Position numbers and translations under genes: made by a program. From Trueperaceae bacterium (GTDB taxonomy: Bacteria; Deinococcota; Deinococci; Deinococcales; Trueperaceae): a stretch of DNA of 64,000 nucleotides. Position 1 is the first letter of the stretch; every line of letters begins with the position of its first letter. Location of the stretch: positions 224,001 to 288,000 of the forward strand of contig OZ243913.1 in assembly GCA_965213705.1 (NCBI GenBank), given 5' to 3'. Below, piece by piece: positions 37,698 through 47,366 of the stretch. Under the pieces are notes generated by a model that saw only the letters and a program-made list of their open reading frames with translations, searched no databases and was not told where the DNA came from.

Positions 37698-38513
37698 TTA
37701 CTGGCTGACGGTTTGCTGCAAGCGCTCGAGCAGGGCTTGGACTTGCTGCAAGCCCTCGGCGGCGTTGTCCTGCAGGGTCGCCTCGGCTTCTTCGAATTGG
37801 GGCTGCAACTCCGCCCACTCGGCCTGCCCCGCCTCGTCGGCGCCCGCGTAGGCGGTGGCGAGGTTTTCACGCGCGGTCGTGAGTGTGTTCTGTACCGTTA
37901 AGACGTTCGTTTCGTCTTCGTTGGTAAGGTCTAAACCTTCCATGTCGCTGACGACTTGCGAACGAACCCCGTCAAGCTCCGCGCCGACGGCGGCAGCGGC
38001 GTCCGTCGCCGTGTCCGCGGTGGCGTCGGCCGCGTCGCCGATAGGTTCGGTCGTTATCGCCGCGGCCTCGTCGGCCGTTTCTTCGGTCGCGTCTGCAGCG
38101 TCGCTGATGGTGTCCGTGGTGGCTTCGTTGACGCTCTCAACAGCCTCATCCGTGGTCTCGGCCGTCTCTTGCGCCGCGTCTACCGTGGCGTCCGTGGCAG
38201 CGTCGGCCGCGTCCCCTACCGTGTCGGTCGCTCCGTCGAGCGAGTCACTTACCGTGTCCGTGGTCGCGTCCGCCGCGTCACCCACCGCGTCTGTCGTGGC
38301 GTCTGCTGCGTCCCCGACGGTGTCCGCCGTGGCGTCCACCGCGTCGCCTACCGTATCGGTCGCCGCGTCGGCTGCACCTTCGGCGGTGGTGGTGACGGCA
38401 CCGGCGGGGGTGGTGGCTTCTTCAGCGGTGTTGTCGTTACAAGCGGCGAGGCCGAACGCAAAAACGAACACCAATAGAAAAGCTAACAGTCTGTTCTTAG
38501 TGTGCCATTTCAT
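37698..38513 (-). CDS. Acidic lipoprotein with 11-residue Ala/Asp/Thr repeats
   Basis: Lipobox LAAC, tandem AADATTDTVGD-type units, GGGAG RBS before ATG 38513. Confidence 0.8.
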   Translation of the reverse strand: MKWHTKNRLLAFLLVFVFAFGLAACNDNTAEEATTPAGAVTTTAEGAADAATDTVGDAVDATADTVGDAADATTDAVGDAADATTDTVSDSLDGATDTVGDAADAATDATVDAAQETAETTDEAVESVNEATTDTISDAADATEETADEAAAITTEPIGDAADATADTATDAAAAVGAELDGVRSQVVSDMEGLDLTNEDETNVLTVQNTLTTARENLATAYAGADEAGQAEWAELQPQFEEAEATLQDNAAEGLQQVQALLERLQQTVSQ

Positions 38514-38787
38514 AAAATTTCTCCCTTCAGCTCGCCCCCTCCCTGGAAACGAGCCGTCGAATGAAGCATAGGCGCAATATCGCTTACAAAGGTGTAGCCC
38601 GCCTTGCAAACTTCGTGAGTATAGCCTGAGTTTTGGGTGGCGGTTTGGCAGCTCGAAAACGTGTCTGGGAAGGGTCAAGACGCCCCTCAGCCACGGCTGC
38701 TCGAGGCTGCCGCCTTTTACGGCGGGACGGTGCGCTCAAGCTCCGCGGTAGGATGAAAGAAATGCAGCCCTCGGAAAGGACGACCCC

Positions 38788-40434
38788 ATGAACGTAGCCG
38801 ACCTTAAAGCCTGGAAAGCCCTGGAAAACCGTTACCAAACTTTGCGCTCCGTCCACATGCGCGACCTGTTTGCCGCTGACCCGGAGCGCTTTGAAAAGTT
38901 TTCGCTAAGCTGCGAAGCGGTGGTGTTCGACTACTCAAAAAACCGCCTCGACGAGGAAACGCTCTCTCTGCTGCTCGAGCTGGCGCGGCAAGTCGGGCTT
39001 GACGACGCGCGCGAAATGATGTTCACGGGCCAAAAAATCAACCCGACCGAAGACCGCGCCGTCCTGCACGTCGCGTTGCGCAACCGCAGCAACCGGCCCG
39101 TTCTGGTCGACGGCCAAGACGTGATGCCGGAGGTCAACGCGGTGCTCGCCAGGATGCGCACCTTCAGCGAGGCCGTGCGCGGCGGCGACTGGACCGGTTA
39201 CTCAGGCCAAGTCATTAGCGACGTGGTCAACATCGGCATCGGCGGCTCGGACCTGGGGCCAAAGATGGTGACGACCGCGCTGACGCCTTATGCCGGACGC
39301 CTCAAGGTCCATTTCGTGAGCAACGTCGACCCCACCGACGTCGTCGAGACCTTGAAAAAGCTCACGCCCGCCACCACCTTGTTTCTCGTCGCCAGCAAAA
39401 CCTTTACCACGCAAGAAACGATGACGAACGCGAACACGGCTCGAGACTGGCTACTCGCCGCGGCCGGGGATGACGGTCAAGACGAAGGCGTGGTCGCCAA
39501 GCACTTCGCAGCGCTGTCGACGAACGAAGAGGCGGTTACCGAGTTCGGCATCAATCCCGACAACATGTTCGGGTTTTGGGACTGGGTCGGCGGGCGCTAC
39601 AGCTTGTGGAGCGCTATTGGGCTGAGCATCGCCCTGTACGTCGGCATGGACCACTTCGAAGCGCTGCTGGGGGGCGCGCACAAGGCGGACGAGCATTTTA
39701 GAACCGCGCCCTTTGAGCGCAACGTTCCCGTCGTCATGGCGCTGCTCGGGGTGTGGTACAACAACTTCTTCGGCGCGGAGACCCAGGCGATTTTGCCCTA
39801 CGACCAGTACCTGGAGTATTTTCCGAGCTATTTCCAGCAAGGGGACATGGAGTCCAACGGCAAGAGCGTCACCCAAGACGGCGAGCGCGTCGCGGTGGCG
39901 ACCGGACCCGTTATCTGGGGCCAACCCGGCACGAACGGGCAGCACGCCTTTTACCAGCTTATCCACCAGGGCACCAAGCTCATCCCGTGCGACTTTCTGG
40001 CCGCGGCGAACAGCCACAATCCCGTGGGCGAGCACCATAAAATTTTGCTCAGCAACTTTTTCGCCCAGACCGAAGCGCTGATGAAGGGCCGTACCTCCGA
40101 AGAAGCGCGCGAAGAACTCCGGGATCAAGGCTACGAAGGTGAAGAACTCGAGCTGCTCACCGCCGCCAAGACGTTCGCGGGCAACAAGCCGACCAACTCG
40201 TTTTTGTACCCGCTGCTCACGCCCGAAACGTTGGGCACGCTCATCGCGCTTTACGAACACAAAATTTTTACGCAAGGCGTGATTTGGAACATCAACTCCT
40301 TCGACCAGATGGGCGTCGAACTCGGCAAGCAACTCGCCAAGGCAATTCTGCCCCAGCTTGACGGCGACGAGCCGGTGACGAACCACGACAGCAGCACCGA
40401 CGGGCTCGTCAACGCTTACAAGGCGATGCGCTGA
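38788..40434 (+). CDS. pgi: Glucose-6-phosphate isomerase
   Basis: [47 protein letters not shown]. Confidence 0.97.
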   Translation: MNVADLKAWKALENRYQTLRSVHMRDLFAADPERFEKFSLSCEAVVFDYSKNRLDEETLSLLLELARQVGLDDAREMMFTGQKINPTEDRAVLHVALRNRSNRPVLVDGQDVMPEVNAVLARMRTFSEAVRGGDWTGYSGQVISDVVNIGIGGSDLGPKMVTTALTPYAGRLKVHFVSNVDPTDVVETLKKLTPATTLFLVASKTFTTQETMTNANTARDWLLAAAGDDGQDEGVVAKHFAALSTNEEAVTEFGINPDNMFGFWDWVGGRYSLWSAIGLSIALYVGMDHFEALLGGAHKADEHFRTAPFERNVPVVMALLGVWYNNFFGAETQAILPYDQYLEYFPSYFQQGDMESNGKSVTQDGERVAVATGPVIWGQPGTNGQHAFYQLIHQGTKLIPCDFLAAANSHNPVGEHHKILLSNFFAQTEALMKGRTSEEAREELRDQGYEGEELELLTAAKTFAGNKPTNSFLYPLLTPETLGTLIALYEHKIFTQGVIWNINSFDQMGVELGKQLAKAILPQLDGDEPVTNHDSSTDGLVNAYKAMR

Positions 40435-40952
40435 GGCTTTTCTGAGGGTGGCCGCTCTCCGCGGACTGTGCGGTAAGCGGCCCCGGAGGGCGCTGAGGAA
40501 AACTGAGTTGCTCGTGGTGGTTGCGATGGCGAGTGCGAAAGGTGTGGATGCAAAAGCGGCGGTCTCTACACGCGCTTTCGGTAGATGAGTCTTCCCTTGT
40601 GGGTTGCGTTACGGTTGGGCCGGGAGGGATAAAGGTAGCCTGAACCTACATTTGCTGCTGGGAACTACAAAGAAAGGGGGAAAGCAAGTGTGTTCGTCAG
40701 GTTGTGACTCGAGAATTGTCGTTCGATTCGAAGTTTTGTAAACCAAACTCATTAGTAATCTCATACGGTCAACCGTTCGCAAACGTTCTTCAACCGCCGA
40801 CGGGAACTTCGAGAATGTGTCGTGTTCCGTGGTGGTATCCGGGGTAACAAGTGTGCTGAGGTACAGCCGCACTCTTTGAAACCGCGTGACGCGGAGACTC
40901 TCAGGCAAACCAACCCATCGCTAATCTCAACCTCATTTAGGAGGCAAAACCT

Positions 40953-43316
40953 GTGCAACACTCCAACGTATACAAGCTGTTTCTGCTGAGCGTCCTAGCT
41001 TGGCTGTTCAGCGGGGCGCTGGCTCAAACCACAGCCCAGAACGCCACCCAAGACGGAGCTTTCGAGTCGGCGGGCGTCACGGCTATTTACGCGGACGCCG
41101 ACGGCAACCTAAACGAAATCGCCGACGGCGACCTGACGGCGGGCCGCTTTGTGTTTTACGCGTGGCTCGAGGACTTGGACGGCGGCTTCAGCCTCGCCAA
41201 CCCGGCGACCGCACCCAGCGACGACGAGAAAACCGAGTTCGCGCCCAGCCGCACCCAGAACTTAGTCGCCGCGTTTGTCGGCTACCGGGACGACGACGGC
41301 AACATCCTACCCGTCGCGGGCGCGCAGGTGCGCTGGGAAATCGACGAGCAGTGGGACGACGCCATCGGCAGCACCTTTTTCGGCGCGGCCGACGCGGTCG
41401 GCCAGGCGGGCGTGGCGGGGGGCTTGGGCATCACCGCAAACCAGGCCGTGACCCTCACCAACAACGCCAACCTCTTCAACCGCGCCCGCTTCCCGGTCGC
41501 TGAAGATTTTCCGCTTTACAACGCGACGGGTCTGACCTCGCCGGACGTGGGCGGCGTCACCTGGGTGACGCTGTTCTCGCCGGACAACCGGGCTAGGGCG
41601 CGCGTGCTGGCCGTCGCCAGCGTCAACGGCGTGGAAATCGGCAAAGAACTCGTCGTCAAAAACTTTGCGCCGCGGCCCGAGTTGCGAGTTGAAAAGTCCG
41701 TCACGCCCAAAAGCATCAACTTAGTAGGCGACGAGCAGGGCACCGTGACTTTCAACGTGACCGTGACCAACACCGGCTCCGGCGACGCGACCGGCGTGAC
41801 GCTTGACGACAGCCTCACCTCCGGCAACGCCGACGCTTACGCGCTTGTTGACCGTGAGGGCGACGGTTTCACCGAGACTTTCGACCTGCCCGCGGGTGAG
41901 TCGCGCGACTTCTCCTTTCAGGCCCAAGCCGGCGCGACCGACACCTACTGCAACACGGCCGCGGTGACCGAGTTTGCCGACGAGTTCGGGCAGACGCGCA
42001 ACCCCGACTTAACCGCGCAAGCGTGTTTTGAGGTTATCAGCCCCGAACTCAACATCATCAAGGACTTTGTGGACGCCAACGGCGAGAGCCTGGGCGACAG
42101 CGTCACGGTGGACGCCGGCCAAACGGCCATTTTGCGCGTCCGCGTGCTCAACCAGGGCGACGGCCCGGCCGAAAACCTGGTCGTTACCGACGACCTGACG
42201 AGCGGCGACGCCGCGAGCTACCGCCTGGTTCAACTGCCTGAAGGCGTGACGCCGACGGGCGAAGGCGACGACGCTTTCTCAGGCGACTTAGGCACCTTGG
42301 ACGCCCAGACCGCCGTCACCCTGACCTACACCGTCACGGCCGACGCGGACGGCGAATACTGCGACACCGCGTCTTACACCGTCGGCGGCGAGCCCGGCAA
42401 CCAGGACCAAGCCTGCCTCACCGTGGCGACGCCCGAACTCGCCATCCAAAAAGTCAACGACCAAGATACCGTGTTGCCCGGCAACACCTACACCTCGACC
42501 ATCACCGTGACCAACACCGGCAACGCCGTGGCTAGGGACGTGGTCGTGTCCGACGTTGTCGGCACCAACACCGCGGGCGACGCGACGCTCGTCTACGTGA
42601 GTTCCCAGGTAGAAAACGAAGCGGGCGTGTTCGACCAAGCCCAAGGCACCGTCAACGCCCCGGCCGCTATCGACCTGCAACCCGAACAGAGCGTGGTGCT
42701 CACCGTGACCACGCGCGTTCCCGAGCGCGTCGCCGCCGACCAGTTCTGCGACGTCGGCCGTTACACGAGCGCCAACGCGGGCGAGGGCGAAGTCCAGGTC
42801 TGCGTCGACGTTCCGGCGTTTGCCGCCCTGCAAACCAAGATGGTGGACGACCCCGACCCGGTCTTAGCGGGCGGCAACGTCCAGTACACCTCGACGATTT
42901 ACGTCGAAGACCGCTCGAACGAAGCCGTCACGAACAACCAAGTGACCTTTACCTTCGGCAGCCAAGAGGGCGGTCAAGCGGGCAGCTTCGAAATCACGGA
43001 CGCCCAGGTGTTCGTCGCCAGCAACCCGCAGCGCAACGCCGAGACCGGCCTGGTGGTCGCGACGCCGAGCAGCGGCCAAGCCCTGACCGCGGACCAGTTC
43101 AGCGTCAGCGGTGACACCGCCGGTCAGCAGACCATCACCTTAAACATCGACTTGGAGCCCAACACGGCCGTGTTCTTCGTCCACACCGTGACCGTGCCCG
43201 CGGGTACCGCCGCCGGCAGCTACGGCTCGAGCTACGACTGGAGCGCAACGGGCGCGGACAGCGGCACCCAGTACAACCCGCAAAACTCCGAACCCACGAC
43301 CGTCATCAGCCAGTAG
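40953..43316 (+). CDS. Large secreted acidic protein with tandem DUF11-like repeats
   Basis: Signal peptide, repeated L-x-[IV]-x-K...VTNTG...D units, AGGAGG RBS. Confidence 0.8.
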   Translation: MQHSNVYKLFLLSVLAWLFSGALAQTTAQNATQDGAFESAGVTAIYADADGNLNEIADGDLTAGRFVFYAWLEDLDGGFSLANPATAPSDDEKTEFAPSRTQNLVAAFVGYRDDDGNILPVAGAQVRWEIDEQWDDAIGSTFFGAADAVGQAGVAGGLGITANQAVTLTNNANLFNRARFPVAEDFPLYNATGLTSPDVGGVTWVTLFSPDNRARARVLAVASVNGVEIGKELVVKNFAPRPELRVEKSVTPKSINLVGDEQGTVTFNVTVTNTGSGDATGVTLDDSLTSGNADAYALVDREGDGFTETFDLPAGESRDFSFQAQAGATDTYCNTAAVTEFADEFGQTRNPDLTAQACFEVISPELNIIKDFVDANGESLGDSVTVDAGQTAILRVRVLNQGDGPAENLVVTDDLTSGDAASYRLVQLPEGVTPTGEGDDAFSGDLGTLDAQTAVTLTYTVTADADGEYCDTASYTVGGEPGNQDQACLTVATPELAIQKVNDQDTVLPGNTYTSTITVTNTGNAVARDVVVSDVVGTNTAGDATLVYVSSQVENEAGVFDQAQGTVNAPAAIDLQPEQSVVLTVTTRVPERVAADQFCDVGRYTSANAGEGEVQVCVDVPAFAALQTKMVDDPDPVLAGGNVQYTSTIYVEDRSNEAVTNNQVTFTFGSQEGGQAGSFEITDAQVFVASNPQRNAETGLVVATPSSGQALTADQFSVSGDTAGQQTITLNIDLEPNTAVFFVHTVTVPAGTAAGSYGSSYDWSATGADSGTQYNPQNSEPTTVISQ

Positions 43317-43330
43317 TTTCGTCTCGAGAC

Positions 43331-43365
43331 CTAAAAAGCCCCGCACACTGTGCGGGGCTTTTTAG
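43331..43365 (+). terminator. Intrinsic terminator
   Basis: Perfect hairpin CTAAAAAGCCCCGCACA-C-TGTGCGGGGCTTTTTAG. Confidence 0.85.
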
Positions 43366-43400
43366 GTGGGTGTTGCCAAGCATAGGGTAAGCTCTTCAGC

Positions 43401-44132
43401 ATGGCTTCCTTACCTGACAACGTGGTCGTTTTGAAAGACGCCGAGGCCCTGGCTAGAGAAGCCGCGCGGCGGTTTGTGGCGCTGGCTGAAGCGGCTATCC
43501 AAGCCAGGGGCCGCTTCACCGTCGCGCTTTCGGGTGGCAGTACGCCGCGGCGGATGTACGAACTCTTGGCCGAAAAACCCTACAAAGACGAGGTGAACTG
43601 GTCCGAGGTTTATGTTTTTTTTGGCGACGAGCGCATGGTCGCGCCCGACACGCCCGAGAGCAACTATTTTCTAGCGGTCGACAAGCTGTTGGCGCACGTG
43701 CCCGTCCCCGACGAGAACGTCTTCCCCTACGTCACCCTGGGCGTGAGCGCCGAGGACGCGGCCGAGCTGTACGCGCAGGAACTGACGGCGTTTTTCGGTA
43801 GCCCGCCCGTCTTCGACCTCGTTTTTTTGGGCATGGGCGAGGACGGCCACACCGCTTCGCTGTTTCCGGGTCATGACGAGGTGACGAATCCGTCCGGCAA
43901 ACTCGTCGCGGCGGTTCACGACGCGCCCAAACCGCCGCCGACGCGCCTCACCCTGACTTACCAAACCATCGACGCGGCGAAAAACGTCCTCTTTCTGGTC
44001 GGGGGCAAGGGCAAAGCGGAGGTTCTGAAGCGCATTAAAAACAAAGAAACTCTGCCCGCGAGCCAGGTTCAACCGACGGACGGACAGCTTTTGTGGCTCT
44101 TGGACGAGGCGGCGGCGCGGGGGCTCGAGTAA
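43401..44132 (+). CDS. pgl: 6-phosphogluconolactonase
   Basis: ALSGGSTP, FGDERMV, SNY, LGMGEDGHTASLFP, RLTLT. Confidence 0.95.
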   Translation: MASLPDNVVVLKDAEALAREAARRFVALAEAAIQARGRFTVALSGGSTPRRMYELLAEKPYKDEVNWSEVYVFFGDERMVAPDTPESNYFLAVDKLLAHVPVPDENVFPYVTLGVSAEDAAELYAQELTAFFGSPPVFDLVFLGMGEDGHTASLFPGHDEVTNPSGKLVAAVHDAPKPPPTRLTLTYQTIDAAKNVLFLVGGKGKAEVLKRIKNKETLPASQVQPTDGQLLWLLDEAAARGLE

Positions 44133-44288
44133 CCCTCACCAAGAGGTATAACCGTCGTCAACCGCCAGGTTCGCCCCCGTCGCGAACCTGGCGGTGTCCG
44201 GGGCCGAGTAGAGAACCGCGCGCCACGTCGTGCCGACGACTGAAAGATGACCCACTCCGACCTTAGGGTGGGGCAGGAGTTGATAAGT

Positions 44289-45221
44289 ATGACGAACAAA
44301 CAACCTTTTTCGCGTCGTTCTTTGCTCAAAGGTTTAGGGGTCAGTGCGCTCGGGGCCGGCATCGGCGTGAGCGTGCCGGGCATGGCGCGCGCGCAGGCGG
44401 CAGCGTCGGCGTCCGAGCTGCCCCTGGCCTTGGAACGCTTAAAGCTGGGCGACATGGGCGTCACCCTGTTCAAAGAAGCGAGCCTGCAACTGCAACCCGC
44501 CATGTTCGGCGGCGGCGCGCCGGAAGGTGCGGTGAGCGAACTGCTGGGCGAGTACAACCTGCCTACCGACGTCGTCAACGCGAGCGCCAACCTGGTGTTG
44601 CTCGACATGGCGGGCGACCTCACGCTGGTGGACACGGGCACGGGCAGCAACCTGCTCGGCACGCTCGAGGCATTGGGCGTCGCGCCGGGGGACGTCAAAA
44701 ACGTCGTCCTGACCCACTGGCACGGCGACCACGTGGGCGGGGTATCGGTGGACGGCGCGCTGCAAATGCCGAACGCAACGCACTACTTTCCGCAACTCGA
44801 CTGGGACTTTTTGCAGTCCGCCGACAACGAGAACGCCCAAGGCTCGCTCGCCAAAGTGCAACCCGCCCAAGACGCGGGCGTGCTCGAGCTGTACGACGAC
44901 GAGGAGCTGTTCGCCGGCGTCCAGGCCATCGCCGCACCCGGCCACACGCCCGGCCACCACGTCGTGATGCTCGGCGGCGACACCCCGGTGATGCACATGG
45001 CGGACACGGCCAACCACTTTCTGGTCGCGCTGATGCACCCGGAATGGTCGTTCGCCTTCGACGCCGACCCCGCGCAAGCGACGGCGACGCGCGTAGAGAT
45101 GTACGGCCGCGCCGCCGACGAGGGTTTGAACATCTTGGCCTACCACTTTCCCTTTCCCGGCACCGGCGTCGTGGTGCGCGAGGGCGAGGGGTTTCGCTTT
45201 TTGCCTTCGCTGCCCAGTTAG
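44289..45221 (+). CDS. Tat-exported metallo-beta-lactamase-fold hydrolase
   Basis: SRRSLLK Tat motif, THWHGDHVGG, PGHTPGH, YHFPFPG. Confidence 0.88.
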   Translation: MTNKQPFSRRSLLKGLGVSALGAGIGVSVPGMARAQAAASASELPLALERLKLGDMGVTLFKEASLQLQPAMFGGGAPEGAVSELLGEYNLPTDVVNASANLVLLDMAGDLTLVDTGTGSNLLGTLEALGVAPGDVKNVVLTHWHGDHVGGVSVDGALQMPNATHYFPQLDWDFLQSADNENAQGSLAKVQPAQDAGVLELYDDEELFAGVQAIAAPGHTPGHHVVMLGGDTPVMHMADTANHFLVALMHPEWSFAFDADPAQATATRVEMYGRAADEGLNILAYHFPFPGTGVVVREGEGFRFLPSLPS

Positions 45222-45242
45222 GTTTTATAAAAGAGTGACGAC

Positions 45243-45279
45243 GAGGGGCTCGAGTTTCGCGACTCGAGCCCTCCTTTTT
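45243..45279 (+). terminator. Intrinsic terminator whose stem arms each contain CTCGAG
   Basis: GGGCTCGAGT-ttcgcg-ACTCGAGCCC followed by TCCTTTTT. Confidence 0.7.
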
Positions 45280-45477
45280 CCGACGCCGAAAACCGAACTT
45301 CGCAGTCTCACGTTCAAGTCGAAAGCGCACTGACGGTCAAGGGTTCATACGGATTCCGATACTACAGCTCTCCTTGGAAGAGTTGTTCGCTTCCTTAGCG
45401 CTAGTTCATATCTTTTTTTCTCGCTTTGCTCGCATTTGATTCTGAGGGAATGAAACGGAAAGGGTATAAGATAGACC

Positions 45478-47268
45478 ATGAACCGCTTTTCCGTTCCTCC
45501 ACTTTATGAAATGACCCGCGACCTCGCCGGGGTCGCCGCGGGTCGGCGTGCGCCCGACGCGGTCGTCACCGGCGCGCGCGTGCTGTCCGTTTACACCGAG
45601 CGCGTCCTGCAGGACAAAGAGGTTTGGATTTACAAAGGGCGCATCGCCGCCGTAAAACCGGCAGGCAGTTACCGGGGCTCGGAGGCGCGCGTTTATGACG
45701 CTGGGGGCGGAATACTCGCGCCCGGCCTCGTCGACCCGCACGTCCACATCGAGTCGAGCATGATGACGGCCTGCGCCTACGCCGAAGCCGCGCTGCTCAA
45801 CGGCACCACCACGATTTTTTGCGACTCGCACGAAATCGGCAACGTGTGCGACGTTGCGGGCATAGAGTGGATGCTCCAGGACGCCCGCGCCTCACCCCTC
45901 AACATCTTTTTAACCGTGCCGAGTACGGTTCCCGCGACCTCTCCTGAGTTTGAAACGGCGGGCGGCGACCTGACGCCCGCGAAAATTGGGGCCCTGTTCG
46001 ACGCTTGGCCCGAGGCCGTGGCGTTGGGCGAAAAGATGGACTTTGTTCAGGTCGCTCAGGGCGACGAACGCTCACACGCGATTTTGGCCGAAGCCTTAAA
46101 GCGCGGGCTGCCGGTGTGCGGCCACGTTTACGGGCGCGAGTTCGTCGCGGCCTTCGCGGCGAGCGGCGTGACCGACACGCACGAGGCCATTGACCGCGAC
46201 ATTGCCGACGACCTGTTGGAAGCCGGACTCTACATCTTCCTGCGCGGCGGCCCGCCGAGTACGCCCTGGCACAGCCTGCCCGAGGCCATCAAGGCCGTGA
46301 CCGACTTCGGCGCGTCGCCGAAGCGCGTCTGCCTCTGCACCGACGACCGCGACGCCGACGACCTGTTCTTGTTCGGGCTGGACTGGGTCGCGCGCGAGGC
46401 GGTAGCTGCGGGCGTGAGCGAGGTGCAAGCCTGGAGCATGGGTTCCTTGCACGGCGCGACACGCTACGGGCTGGACAGCGAGTTGGGCGGTCTGGGCCAC
46501 GCGCGCCGCGCCGACATGGTGCTCTTAAACGACGCGTTGGAGGTGCAAAACACCTGGTACGGCGGCGAGCTGGTCGTCGAGGACAAGAAAATAACCCCGG
46601 TTTTAGAAGAGCAGCTCGAGGCGAAACGTTACCGCTACCCAGAAGCCGCCTACCGAACCGTGAACATGGCCGAAACCTTGCAACTCACGCCGGACTTGCC
46701 CCTCACACCCTGCACTGCCAACGTCATCCGTACCGAGCTACCCGGCATCGTGTTGGTGCACAAGCGGGTGGGGCTCGAGGTCGCGGAAAGCTGGCAAGAC
46801 CACTTCGAGGCGCACAGTCTCTGCTTCGTGACAGTTGTGGAGCGGCACGGCCACTCGGGCGCGGTGGCGCACGGGCTGCTGCAAAACTTTGGGCTCAAAA
46901 CGGGCGCGGTGGCGAGCAGCGTCGGGCACGACGCGCACAACCTCATCGTGGCGGGCGTTGCCGAGGCGGACATGAGACTTGCCGTCGAAACTTTGCGGGC
47001 GTGTAGCGGCGGCGTGGTCGTGGTCGAAGACGGCGCGGTCAAAGCGCTCGTCGAATTGCCCGTCGCCGGGCTGCTGTCCGACAAACGCGCCCCGCAAGTC
47101 GCCGCCGAGACCGAAGCGCTCAAAGCGGCCTGGGCGCGGCTCGGCTGCACGCTGCCCTACATGGGCTTCAACCTCATCCCGCTGTCGGTCATCCCCGAAA
47201 TCCGCATCACCGACCGGGGCCTCGTGACGGTGCCGGGGATGGCGAAGTTGGCGCTGCTCGAGCGCTGA
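45478..47268 (+). CDS. ade: Adenine deaminase
   Basis: [56 protein letters not shown]. Confidence 0.9.
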   Translation: MNRFSVPPLYEMTRDLAGVAAGRRAPDAVVTGARVLSVYTERVLQDKEVWIYKGRIAAVKPAGSYRGSEARVYDAGGGILAPGLVDPHVHIESSMMTACAYAEAALLNGTTTIFCDSHEIGNVCDVAGIEWMLQDARASPLNIFLTVPSTVPATSPEFETAGGDLTPAKIGALFDAWPEAVALGEKMDFVQVAQGDERSHAILAEALKRGLPVCGHVYGREFVAAFAASGVTDTHEAIDRDIADDLLEAGLYIFLRGGPPSTPWHSLPEAIKAVTDFGASPKRVCLCTDDRDADDLFLFGLDWVAREAVAAGVSEVQAWSMGSLHGATRYGLDSELGGLGHARRADMVLLNDALEVQNTWYGGELVVEDKKITPVLEEQLEAKRYRYPEAAYRTVNMAETLQLTPDLPLTPCTANVIRTELPGIVLVHKRVGLEVAESWQDHFEAHSLCFVTVVERHGHSGAVAHGLLQNFGLKTGAVASSVGHDAHNLIVAGVAEADMRLAVETLRACSGGVVVVEDGAVKALVELPVAGLLSDKRAPQVAAETEALKAAWARLGCTLPYMGFNLIPLSVIPEIRITDRGLVTVPGMAKLALLER

Positions 47269-47366
47269 AGTCGGCCCGCCCTCACGGCACTCACGTTTGT
47301 GAAGCGGCCGGCGACGTGATATTTATTTCCTGTGCCCACGCGCTCCCTGCGGTATAGTTCGCGCTT

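Noticed and set aside
37855..38571. Ser/Ala/Val-rich 238-aa plus-strand ORF and 33-bp periodicity, considered as a CRISPR-like array
   Set aside because: It is antisense to the repeat lipoprotein; the repeats are degenerate coding units with no unique spacers and no cas genes nearby.
40893..40910. GGAGACTCTCAGGCAAA resembling a glycine riboswitch 3' segment
   Set aside because: The upstream GGAGA...CCGAAG elements are missing and the downstream gene is unrelated to glycine metabolism.
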